Assembly: GCF_022539665.2 (NCBI RefSeq)
Contig: NC_081332.1
Location: 4,836,001-4,900,000, forward strand
Source of the DNA: Daphnia carinata
Lineage: Eukaryota
Reading direction: 5' to 3'
DNA: 64,000 nucleotides
Part shown: positions 51,421 through 63,310 of the stretch, piece by piece
How positions within the stretch are numbered: the stretch's first letter is position 1
Layout: the number at the start of each line of letters is the position of its first letter
Notes under the pieces: generated by a model
Seen by the model: the letters and a program-made list of their open reading frames with translations, nothing else
Told to the model about the DNA's origin: nothing
Databases searched by the model: none
Program-made: the position numbers and the translations under genes

Positions 51421-53753
51421 CTATTGTTTAAGTTTTTTGGAGGTTAAACAAAGCCTTATACCGTCGCGGGGACGAAGCACTACTTCGTTCAAAAGAAAAA
51501 CGTTTTACCTCTGGTCCAGAGCTTTCACGTGAAAATTCCTCAAAATTGTTGATAAAATAACTTTTTCCTCCATTATTGCAAATTTTTGCCCTGAAATGTT
51601 CCACAGGAAAAAAAGAAAATCGCATGTCGAATTTTAAAGCTTATAAAGTAACAGCAATATACCAATGCAATTTCGTGGTCCCGCACTGAATGGAACGTAA
51701 ACATATGGATGTCGTCCCCTGCTATTCTCCTCAAAGAATCGTTCTGGCTGAAAGAGCTCAGGATCGGGATAGTATTTAGGATCCCTATGAAGAATGTAGG
51801 TAACAAGCAACACCGTTGTGTTGGCGGGTACGGTATATCCATCTAGTGTTGACCATTCGACACAACAGCTCTAATTAGTTGTTCTGGGGTAAGAGGTAAA
51901 AAAATTCTGTTCATACGTATAACAGTATCTTGGCTCAGTTGACGACCCATTATCGGAACACTCGGATATAAGCGCAGAGCTTCTTTGATGCAACATTCGA
52001 GATATTTTAATTCACTTAGGTCATTCATTGTAGCATGACGATCCGAATTTCCAAACACGCGATCAAGTTCTTCGCACACTAATTCCTATGAAACTTGCAA
52101 ACATTTAATAACGTAAATTTGGCGTATTCTAGGATTGCAGTAACTTGAACATGTGGATGGCTCCCAATGAGGAGAAGAGACCAGTTGATTGCAGATGTCG
52201 ACGTGTCATGACCCTTGAAAGAGAAAAAGAAGAAATGGCGCAGTGAAAAACACTAGCAATTGCGTACTTCGAACATAAAAGTGTCGACTTCTTCACGAAT
52301 GTCGGCATCGGTTAGCAAAATCCCATCGTTTGAAGCATCAATAAGAAGATCAAGGAAAGCCAAGCGTTTCTTAGCTGAAAAGGTAAAGGCAGAGTATTAA
52401 TCGTATTTCTAGATAATAGTGTCCTAAATAATTTTATTTTCAGAGAAATAACTACCTGGAATGAAATTTTCATTTTGACTGCTACACACATCGATGGCTT
52501 TCTTCACTAAGCTGTTTTGCTTCCGTTCGAGCTTCCTACTTTGAATCACCTGTAACGATACAGTAAATGGTAAGAGCCAATGTCACACAACGCACGAATC
52601 AAGGACACACTTACCTTATCCGTAAAGCCATGTAAGATTTTAAGATTTTTACGTTGCTCTGCGCCATACGAGGACAGATGGAATAAGAGATCAGATTGCA
52701 TCATGGGTTGACTTGTTCTAACATTTAAAATTCGGCACATCCTTTACGTAAAAAATTAATTAACATGCACAAGAGCAATTGATGCAATTAAAAATCTTAC
52801 GATTGAACAGCTTGAGGGTATTCGCCATTGCCGTGAGACTGGGCTTCAATTTTGCACCCCATTGCTGATTCTAAACAAAGAGTTCAGTTAAAATACAGCG
52901 TGGGACTTTGTTTGTCTTAAGTGGAACTACCACAGATGATGTCAAGGGTGCATTTCGTTATAAATGGGTAAAGATCAAATCCGTTCTTTTGGGTTTCCAA
53001 AGCTGCGTTGAGTTTTGCGATTAAAATCTGACTCTGTTCATTAAAAACTTGCACGAAATCTGCTAAAATTTTGAAATGAAAGGTTGGTGTAAGCAATTTT
53101 CGCCGGTTAGACCATTTGCCTCCTGTCGAATCAAATTACAAATTAATTTATGAAGCTTTCGTCAGTAGAAATCCAACAAACTACCTGTGCTCGTGAGTAG
53201 GCCTGTACTAAGCCAAGGATGAAGAAAGCTATATTCGCGGCTTTTATCTAGTAACTTATTGCTACTCAGCACAACCTAGTGACCCAATTAAAGGTGTAGA
53301 TAATAGTCGTTGGTTAAATGTAAATGAAAGTAAAACGGACAGTTCCAATATTTTTAAAAAATTTATTTTCACACAGATCTAACCTCAAATGCCTCGGGTG
53401 TAAACAACAAAAAATTCGGGAACGGCCCAGCCCATAAACGAAGCACAGGACCACAAGCGCGCATGATGTACACGTATCCCATTAGCCGAGTGAAAAGTTC
53501 TAAGAAAGAAAAATTAGAAATACGTAAAACTAAAACATGGAGGCTGTACACAACCTTCAGGTGTAACAAGAAAGGCAGTGGCATTGCCCAGAAAAGTAAA
53601 CCCGCCAAAGATTCCAGGTATTTTGTTAGCCCGTCGTATAAAGTTGATCCTTTTAATTATGGCGAAGAATATTGCACAGGTCACAACAATGGCCAAAGTG
53701 AACATCGTCACACTGTTAGGTACTGAAATCAAATGCAGAAGATGAAAAACCAT
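51421..53753 (-). CDS. Cytochrome P450, CYP4 clan (CYP4C-like), multi-exon; premature TAA at 51507-51505 (truncated allele or young pseudogene)
   Basis: [15 protein letters not shown]-helix, [17 protein letters not shown], heme motif [15 protein letters not shown]. The start could be the ATG at 53753 or at 53705. Confidence 0.9.
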
Positions 53754-54051
53754 TTTTCTTTCGGTTTGCCACGTCAGCCAATAACCACACTTTATTCCGC
53801 ACTAACTAGATCGCATTTGTATGTTAACAACAGACGAAATTAAATGCTTCTTTATCTATCGTAGATATCAATTACGTCGTACTAAACTTCAATCTCTCGT
53901 GCAACGATCAATCTCTAAAGACTCCCGACACCGCAATCAAGACTCATGGGTAAAGATATATTCTTATGTGAGCAACTTCTACAAGACATAAGTCATTTGT
54001 AAGACAAAAGGCACAGCTCTGGAACAAAAAGAAAAGCACTACGACTGACTT

Positions 54052-56068
54052 CTATAATTTGCTTTTGATATTTTTCAGTTCTCGTCGCATGATTTTTCCT
54101 GTGGCCGTCTTAGGAATGGAATCGACAAAGATGACTCCACCTCGGAGACGCTTGTGTGGGCTCACCTTGTCTGCAGAAACAAATAAAGTACACCTTTTCC
54201 TAATATTTTTCTGTAGACAAAAATAACTTACCTGCTATAAATGTTGCAACCTCCTTCTCCGTCAGAGTCGATCCGGGCCGCTTGATAATGTAAGCTCGTG
54301 GTAAATCACCAGCTGCTTCATCGGGAATTGCAGCCACTGCTGCGTCTTGCACGTCCGGATGGCTCAGCAAGATCTTCTCCAGTTCGGTAGGAGATACTTG
54401 AAGACCTTTGTACTTGATGAGTTCTTTCTTACGGTCTGTAATGTAGAAGAAGCCGTCTTCGTCATAGTAGCCGATGTCACCTGTATGCAACCATCCCTCA
54501 GAGTCGACCGTCTCCTTAGAAGCGGCTTCATTACCAATGTAACCCTTCATCACGATGGGGCCTCTTACGCAAATCTCGCCTTCTTCGTTAGGACCCAGGG
54601 ATGCATCCGTTGTTGTATCCACAACCTATGTAACATATTTCTTTTTTAAATACTTCCAGTTAATCAAATAATATGAATTAAACCTTGGACTCGCAGAAGG
54701 GCATGACGATACCGATACTTCCCTCACGATTATGCGTGAATGTGTTGCCATGTGTACAGAGTGTCGCTTCAGTCAAGCCGTAGAGTTGCAAAATAAGAAC
54801 ACCCAACTTTTCCTGTAAGGCGAGAAGCGTTTCTTTGCTAATGGCAGCCGCTCCAGATCTCATCATCCGTAAAGAACTGAGGTCATAATATTTCTCTACA
54901 GGCTGTTTCACCAATTGGACTGCTATAGCCGGTACCAAGAACATGACACTAATCTAATTTTGAATAGCATATTAAATAATATCGATTTTTAATTAGTTAG
55001 CTGATTAAATCTGTGACGAACTTTGAATTCCTGGATGCACTGCAACATTCGTTCGAAGGTGAACGTGTTCATAAGGACGAAACAAAGACCACGCATGAAA
55101 CATTCAAAAAGGCCGTTGAGTGTGGCCGCATGATACAACGGCATGAAAAACAAAGTGATGTCATCAGGATTTCGCATCAGGTATTTTGTAGTTTCTCTGC
55201 GTTAAACAAACCGTCATAAATTTGATAGCAGATCATGAATTGTTCAAGACACTTACTGGCTTTGTCTTCTCGTTACGACGTAATTCAAATTCGTAAGTGC
55301 GACGCCTTTAGGGACGCCCGTCGTCCCACTCGAGAACAGGATGAAAGCCACCAAATCTAGTGGATTGTTCTCCACCGATTGGATGGATTTTCCGCGGCCG
55401 GATATCAATAGATCTTCCCAGTTGATGCCACCACGATTCGACGATCCCAATAAAACCATTGGCGGCCTGTTGGCAATTTGTGGATATAGTTGACTGAATT
55501 TACTGTCAAAGCTATCCGTCCCAATCCACAAAGTAGGTTTTGTCAACTGTACGCAATGTGTCAATTCGGCTACAGAATAAAACGTTTATTATTATTATTA
55601 TTTTTTAACATTATAGGTAAAACAATAAAGGGTGATCTTACAAATGGTCTGAGCCGGATTGATTAACGTGGACGTCGCTCCGCACAGATTCAATGCCAAG
55701 GTTGTAATGGAGTACTCCAAACAAGTGGGTAAAGCAACAGCTACCATGTCTCCCGGTTTGAGATTGAATTTCAGTTGAAATCCAGCGGCTAATGCCAAGA
55801 TGCTGTCGGCAATTTCATTGTACGTCAGCTTGCGTTTCGTGTCTGGATCAATCTTTACAGAAATATCATCACAACTGTTGGTAGATTAACACATATATGA
55901 CCTCAAGCTTTGAATTAAAATGTTTATATCAATTACGCAGGACACGTCGTCGCCAAATTCACGCATCCTGTCGACGACAAACTGGGCTAGCGTTACATTT
56001 GGGATTTGATCGTCATATTCTTCCGGGTGTCGTAGAATTCTGGAATTGGCTGTCGACAACCGAAACAT
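54052..56068 (-). CDS. Luciferase/4-coumarate-CoA ligase-like acyl-CoA synthetase with a C-terminal PTS1 (SKL), multi-exon
   Basis: FSSGTTGVPKGV, YGLTE, GEICVRGPIVMKGY, GWLHTGDIGYYD, DRKKELIKYKG, PKTATGKIMRRELKNIKSKL*. Confidence 0.92.
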
Positions 56069-56764
56069 TGTTACGTCAGTGCAAGCTCAGTTATACACAA
56101 AAAAAAAGAACTGAGAAAAAGGAAAAGTGAAACCTGAATCTTGTTGTTGAGAAATGGTGACCATTGTGCAAATGTTGAGCGAAAACAACACGGATCAGTT
56201 AGCAACAGTTACTGCGACAGAGTATGAAGACCGACAACAACTGACTAGCATCAACATGGGCCGTCGTCAGCGCATGTGGCGTTGGTATTTCAGGAACGAA
56301 ATAAACGAACAACGGCGCCCGCAGTCACGGACTTGAAGGTCGCCTAGTATATGTTGCTACTGCAAGCCTAGGGTGTTTTTAACTGATCCACACACTCTTA
56401 TATATAGGCACGCGTTAAGTTTCTCGTTGCTATGACAATAAGACGTAAGGCCACTTATCGGAAGGTTTCTTTTGGTACATATTTTGTTTACTTTGAAAGA
56501 CGTAAGTAATTGATTATCTATTTTGATCTCTCAGGCCAAAGACCATCCGAAATGGTACGATTCGTTTTAAACGGATAACAGTTAGGAAAATCCCAAAACA
56601 GAATTTACAATATTGACTTACATATACAAACAAGAATGACAATATTCTGCAGCCTTAGGAGAGTCTTGCTTGATGAGTATCACAATTGAAAAATTCCTGT
56701 TAAGTATAAAAACAATTATTCATTTTCTTAATTAATAGGACAGTCAGTTAGCACATTTGCAACG

Positions 56765-57229
56765 TTAAAGAGTTGTACACACCGATATGAAGCAAACAAA
56801 CGTTGGGAAAACGATATTAAACTGGATGGAGAAGAGAAGCACTTTTAGTCCAAAAAGTGGGCCGTTCAGCAGACTTACGATGACAGCGAAGATTAGAAAT
56901 GGGCCCAGAAAACGTGGGGTTAAAAGTTTGTTGAGACAGCGATTCAAGACGGACACTAGTGAGGAGGAAACCCGTTTATTTTGACGAGGCGCTTTCATCG
57001 GCTTTGCAGCTAGAGAAGATTTCGTAGTCGTCATTTCATCGTCGGCCATTCCATTCGAGGTAATGTTATCTTCAGCAGGAATTGTTACGGTCAAAAATGA
57101 CTGCGACGGTTCAATGTGAAAGCTGCGTTTAATTGCTTCGTTACGCTCTGTTGCCGTGTAGGCTAGGGAAACTAGAGATGAAATCAGAAACAGCCAAACG
57201 AGTTGTTCGCTTGCCAAGAAAACTGGCAT
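56765..57229 (-). CDS. Orphan protein with an N-terminal hydrophobic signal and a hydrophobic C-terminal segment (~154 aa)
   Basis: ORF from ATG 57229: LVWLFLISSLVSLAYT, S/T-rich middle, FLGPFLIFAVIVSLL...VFPTFVCFISVC. No family recognised. Confidence 0.5.
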   Translation of the reverse strand: MPVFLASEQLVWLFLISSLVSLAYTATERNEAIKRSFHIEPSQSFLTVTIPAEDNITSNGMADDEMTTTKSSLAAKPMKAPRQNKRVSSSLVSVLNRCLNKLLTPRFLGPFLIFAVIVSLLNGPLFGLKVLLFSIQFNIVFPTFVCFISVCTTL

Positions 57230-58281
57230 TTTGCTGACTGATGAAAATGGACTTGCACTTGGGTTTACACACGTCGCTTTCACCGCATTCATACGATAGG
57301 TAAGCGCTTTCACCTCCTTCTTTTTTGAGAAATGAAAAGTAATAGTAAGGTTGATTTCGCCAAGACAATGCTCTTTGAGAAATAACTGGAGTAAGGGCTT
57401 GTAAAATCTCTGGAATTGCGTCCCACTCCTTACTAGGCCACATGTCATGCAAAAATAGTTTAACGCATTAAGGGCATCGTAGGGAAGGGTAGGATTCCGT
57501 TTATGTTGCGTCATCGCCTCGGGTTCGTAAAACTGAAAACTTGACATTTCACAGGGGCAGGACAACGTAACTAAAATTTTATTTAAGTTAATGTGGTTTT
57601 ATTAGCTTTCAAAAGGAACCGAGATTATAGCGGGTGGAGTTCATTAAATGTTTCAAAAACTAAATATGCATCTACGTATTTGGCATAGCCTTAAAGAAAG
57701 AAAACCAGGAGAGAGATAGCATTATTGGAACCAGGGAAAGCTAAAAAAAAATCGTAAATGGAAGACAAAACAACCGGTTGTACGAATAAATTAACGGAAT
57801 TTTATAATGCCGAGTTTGGGGACAATCTTTGAAAGCGAGCATGATGCCAATGTCGCCATGCTCCAGTCCTTCGCCATAAAAGAAAGTTATCCCAGAATCA
57901 ACGACCAGTCAAATTTCGCTGTGCGTCACTCTATTTGAGGATGGTAAATGCGTTTGAATATTATTTTTGAACAACCTAAATTTGGTGATTTACTACATGA
58001 GGGTTTTCTGGTTCAGTAACTGGACCAGAGGGGGGAGAGGGTTGGGGTTTAAAAATATCTGGATGTAATACTTTTTAGTGACGTCGCATTTACCGTTTTA
58101 GAATACTTTACAGAGCAGCCAAGAAAAAATGTTAATATCGAGAAATTGTATTATAAGAAACCATTTTTGACTTAAAATTTTGATAAACCGAATGACAATA
58201 TTGGCATACGTAAGACAAAAAATCCAAATTCAGGGACCACGGTCACAGAGAACGATTCTGTGTCACCTTTAGAAGAAGTTT

Positions 58282-58638
58282 TTAAGAGAGCTGTACAGCG
58301 AGAACAATGACTACAATAATAATGATAGTGGTGACGGTACCAACGGCAATCAGCGTCCATTTCATATCTTTCCACCACATTTTCCTCTGAAGCCTCGTGC
58401 TGGCGACGTGGAAATCTTGGGCTTGGGTTTCCAACGTCGCGGCGCGCATTTCCAGTTCGTTGAGGTTGCGCTCTCGGGCTTCGATGCTCTCCAAATTCTT
58501 GCGCATAACCTGAACAACTTCATCCACTTGTCGTTGCGTCTGCTCAATCTGCGATGGTAACCGGCTCGATAGCTGTTGACCAGGAACCGTTGTCACAGTT
58601 AACTGGGCAACTGCAGGCACTTCCGCAGCTTCCGCCAT
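58282..58638 (-). CDS. Synaptobrevin/VAMP-family R-SNARE, intronless CDS
   Basis: QTQRQVDEVVQVMRKN...ARERNLNELEMRA...RKMWWKDMK followed by a C-terminal TM anchor. Confidence 0.9.
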   Translation of the reverse strand: MAEAAEVPAVAQLTVTTVPGQQLSSRLPSQIEQTQRQVDEVVQVMRKNLESIEARERNLNELEMRAATLETQAQDFHVASTRLQRKMWWKDMKWTLIAVGTVTTIIIIVVIVLAVQLS

Positions 58639-59247
58639 CGTCTTAGTAGCACAATGCACTAGTGGTAAAACAGGATTTTCGTAATGTCAGTTATGAGCAC
58701 GAAAAAAAGATGAGTCAGCAGTGCCAGCGGAACCCAGTCAGACGTCAATTTGTTATCTTTGAGCTATCATCTCATATTTCTCATCTCGATTTCTCCACAT
58801 TTCGTTACCTTTTTCGCCCTTTTTGGATGACACGGAAACTAGCAGACATGAAAATGTTCTTGTCTCTTTCAGTTCCAGTTTTGATTTACAGATTTACGAC
58901 AAATGTGGGACGGGGATATATTAAAAATATTTAGAAATCTTACCTGCAGCGCTAAAAGCAAAACTTTGAAACTGAGGATGCGATAGTCAGTGAAGTGAAA
59001 AGCTAACTACCTTATCGTGTTCTAACGTAGTTTATCTCTTGATCACACTATCTGGACGTTATATCGGGGGGACATTAGGCCGCCATCTAGCATGTAACGT
59101 AATAGTTTAAAACTAGTTTAGCCGCCTAAGTTATGACTAATGCACACAATTTATTATATTTTGGCATTTATAATTCAAACAGATACAATAACGATCAAGA
59201 GTCCTGCTCGTCTACAGTTAACATGATTTCAAAAACAACAAATGGCG

Positions 59248-60183
59248 TTAATAACGTTCAGCTCCTTCGCGGGCCAGTCGTTTGGCGCCTGAAGATCCAT
59301 CGTCGTATATTCCTGGGCCTTTGAGGTACTTCCATTCTACATCCATCTCTTCTAAAGTAAATAAAAGTTCACGCCATAATTTCCGATGTTTTATTAAATT
59401 TCCAGTCGTCTTCCTCCAGCCGTTATCCATCCAATAAAAGATGAGGTTTTCATTGACGTTGCGGAGGTATTGAGACTCTGTATGGATGGCCATGCGACCG
59501 ATTCCCCACGCCTTGGCAATTTTAATCGCTTCGATAGCTGCTCTGATTTCTGCAGCACTTTTAGTCGTGTCATCTCGGTCATCTAGCGGCTCACTCAGAT
59601 TTCTGGTAATATCAAGTTAACATTGTAAAGACTTACAACGTGTACTTAATAATTTAAATGATTACAATTTATGATTACGCCCAAACCAAACGCCAATGCC
59701 AGCCTGAGCATCCGGATGGCCTTGCTGAAGACAGATGCCATCAGTATAAACGCGAACAAATCCGTTTCGATTGATGCTAAAATTGTGAAGCAATTTCTCT
59801 GGAGCGGCGGGAGGGTTAACGTAACGGGTCGATCCGATGCGCATCAGGTCGACTATCCACTCGGCATTCTGGGCGGCTTCGCACAAATCGTGCCAGGAGA
59901 CATCCTCGTCGGGGATGTGTTCGAAAAGGTAGGACGAATGCAATTCCCTCCAGACGGCACGCTGCATCCCCCTGACAAGCACATCTTTCTTGACTCCACG
60001 ACGGAACAAACTGAAATCCGGATCGGGGAAGTCGCGACATCCATAGGCTTCCATGAAAGCTGCATCAATACGACGGGTAAAATTACGGATGCGCTCAGTC
60101 CTTCCCTGTTTCATCTTCTTCAGTTGATGATGATGATAGTACATTTTATTCTCTATCGACGAAGTATCCGTCGATGCGTACAT
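59248..60183 (-). CDS. Chimeric protein (290 aa): retrotransposon Gag capsid-CTD-like domain fused to an RNase H1 domain; exons 60183-59666 and 59602-59248
   Basis: MHR-like LKKMKQGRTERIRNFTRRI and WHDLCEAAQNAE. RNase H1 motifs VYTDG...AGIGVWFG..HKL|N...AEIRAA...TESQY...WMDNGW...LAREGA. A 63-nt GT-AG intron restores the frame. Confidence 0.8.
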
Positions 60184-60685
60184 TTTCGAACCTAAATGGA
60201 ATTTTAATGGACTTAACTGGGTAATTGAAAAAAGTAGAGATAAGTTTACCTTTTGCACTTGAACTACTACAAATAATATTTTTGTTTAGGGGGAATTATT
60301 TGCGAATGATGTGATACAACTGAACGGTTTGGCCGTCAGCGATTGACTGGTGTTCTTATCGGCTCAGCAGCGGACTGTCATGAGAGAAAACGGAGAAAGG
60401 ACAAATCTTGTTGAGACTAACAACGGGAAAGTAGAGCGAAGAGTATATTTTTATTAAATAAAAACAAGGTGCTGTGGCGATTTCTTTCACAAAATCGAGC
60501 CAACCGGTTTGTGTCCCTTATAGATTGTCACATTGCGGTTAACCCGCAAATGCAGAGCTGGGGACCTACATCGATTGGAGGCAGTAACGAATAAGTAGCT
60601 TGATTCTTTTTAATTCGTTTTTATTGATCTGATAAATTTTAGTTTAGTAAGACGAAAAGTGTTTAGGATTGAGTGTGAATGCATT

Positions 60686-62192
60686 TTAATGCATTTGCAT
60701 ACTGGGGACTAAAAAGAAATTTGGCGACCTTTCCGCACCGTCGCCTTTAATTGTCCGTTCGATATCAGATTGGCGAACTCGGAAAACGAATGTGAAGATG
60801 ACACCAAAGAGCAGAGCTTCAGCTAGGGTAAGCAAAGCATCGATATCTGCATTATAAATTAATGGTAGATTAATTTCCTGTTTTTTTTTCCCACAATGTA
60901 CAGTAATTGTCAAGTGAGTTAGGCTGAGAGATTGCGACCGGTTGGATCGACCTACTTTGTTTCATATGAACGGGTGAAATAGCCGGTGGCAAACATGGGA
61001 TGTAATTAGTATAATCCACTAGCAATCCCAGCACGAAGAATTGAATCTTCATGACAGCGATAAATAGAGTCAAAGCGTGTGCCTTTTTCTACACAACGTA
61101 AAACGTAAGTTATAGTTAATAATTATATAAGCACATCAGATACGAAGAAAGAGAAAATGGGGAAAGGTTACCATGCGACGATTCCAGTTTGATCTCTCTA
61201 ATCCCTTAAACGTCTTGATGATAACGTTAAAACCCCAGTTGCCCAACATGCACATTAGGACGTTCAGGCCAGCTAGGGTTTGAAACAGAGGCACCACGAT
61301 GTGCTGCATTAAAAAAATGTAAAAAGTTTATGTTTTGATTATGGGATATGTGGCCCAAAAATTTACTTCGGGAAGAAATTGATTTATTTCAGCTATTTGC
61401 AGAACGACAGCAGCCATCGTTAGCAGAAATTGCCACAGTGGTGCTTGATACACTCTTCTCCTCATAGCTCGGAATCCTCGTCTATAATGAAAGGTATTTT
61501 TTTTTTTTGAGATTACAACGATAGTATTTTGGCCAAAAGAATGACTCACCTGGTAACGATAGAACTCTTACAGCACATACCAAAGAAGCAGCAAGGTGAT
61601 GCGCATAGAGACATTGGAATTCGATTGTCCATCAGTGTGTTAAGAATTTGCTCTTCGTCACCATCAATCATTAGTGCCAGATCGAGAAAATGCATCAACA
61701 TGAATGGCATATACCTGAAAATATCAAGGTAAATTTTTTTAAATATTTTTATTTGCGTAAAATTTGATGTACGCTTGTTTGACAATGCTGCAGAGATCAC
61801 CCGCCCGTGGAACGAGAAACGACGTTATAGAGAGCCAAGAGATTATCATAGGCATGGAAACTAATAACCATAGGAAATCAGTCAATTACAAAAAAAGTGA
61901 TGAGCCAAGAATTTTACCAATCCAGCTGAGAGGACGTTGCCATTCCCACGGACATTTCCTGATGTTAGTGCAAATTTGGATGAGGAAAAGAAGCGTTAAC
62001 AGGCCAGAACTGGCTGTTCCCCCATAAGCGATACCCAGGCCAATGACACCGAAAGCTGTGATAAACGAGGTATGCTCGATTTCAACGATATGCAGTACGA
62101 GAAAAACATTTTGATTGTTTACCTTCAAAGTGTTGCGAAACATCGGGATGTTCGCTGTCAAACTCGTATTGACTGCAGTTGAATTCTAGCAT
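60686..62192 (-). CDS. Organic solute transporter alpha-like protein (SLC51A/OSTA-TMEM184 family), multi-exon
   Basis: About 7 hydrophobic segments, Cys cluster SPCCFFGMCC, RRRVYQAP, IPCLPPAISP. Frame-consistent GT-AG chain from the ATG at 62192. Confidence 0.75.
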
Positions 62193-63310
62193 AACATCTT
62201 GTGACAAATTCATGATGAGACGACACCAATCACAACAGTTTTACCGGCCAGACTAAAGTGCCGCACCCACAGGTGTAAAGAGCGACCACGTCTAGTACCT
62301 GAAGTTATCTCAACGTCACTATCGTATTACTTCATATCGGACCGCTGATTAGGAACCTCCAACAATCATCCCTACTGATAAACGCAAGAAAAAGGTATTC
62401 GTAATAGTTTAGCACGCGTTTGTGTTTAGATTAATGTTTTCCTTATTTTATATCAATATTAAATTCCGATGCTTGTCAATTTTTTAGATGGTTCTTAACA
62501 AACCAGATTTCATAAGTAATTATGATGTCAAAGCGATATAATTTACCGTTACGTTCCTGTAAAGCAGGAACTGGAGCAATTAGGCATAGTCGTGATCAGG
62601 CCCGACAACGTTATGTTCTAGTAAAGCCAAAATTTAACGTGGCTTTTCTCGAAAATTAGGTTTCTTATTTTGTACAAAAGCCAGTCTTGTTATATAGCTG
62701 CCTGCGTGTAATCATTCCTGTTTAGGTCTTCTCGCGGTAATCCTCTTGATACAACTTGTTCTAGTTCCTTGCATGACGGGATTGCAACGGGGTTTCGTGG
62801 AAATGAGCTCGTATCATTAAATATTGCACACAAGAACTTTAACCGTAATGAACGAACAAATATTGAACACAAGGTTGAATTTCACAAGCAGATAAGCCAA
62901 ACATTTGTCGGTACGTTCCCGAAACGCTGTCCTTGCTCATGTTCCAAATACCCGAACTGCTTTTTTTTTTTTAAGTTTTTGTTTCTTAGAATTTCGAAGT
63001 CTCAATGACGAAGCCTTACAGCTCGAATTTAAAACTGCACAGTGAGTCCGTAAAATTCATAGAACAAAAGAGAAAGTTTGTTTTTGCGTTCTTTTTGCTT
63101 TTCTGGCTTTTGCAATTCTCGGAAAACGTGTTATCATTGAATTTCCATTCTTGTCCGGTTAGGATCCCCCAACAAATTGATAACTATAAAATTGATTGTA
63201 TAAAAGAGTGTAATTCGTTCGATTTGCTACTTTAAAAAAAAAAAAGTCAGCTCGGCTATTTTACAACGGGAAGCATTCAATTTTACCCATGCATTTTAAT
63301 TGCTCAAAAT

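Noticed and set aside
54052..56068. True luciferase or bioluminescence
   Set aside because: Family motifs and PTS1 are shared with ordinary fatty acyl-CoA synthetases; nothing in the sequence indicates light emission.
59000..60600. Intact LTR retrotransposon around the Gag/RNase H ORF
   Set aside because: No LTRs, PBS, protease, RT or integrase seen; the ORF has spliceosomal introns and host-gene neighbours.
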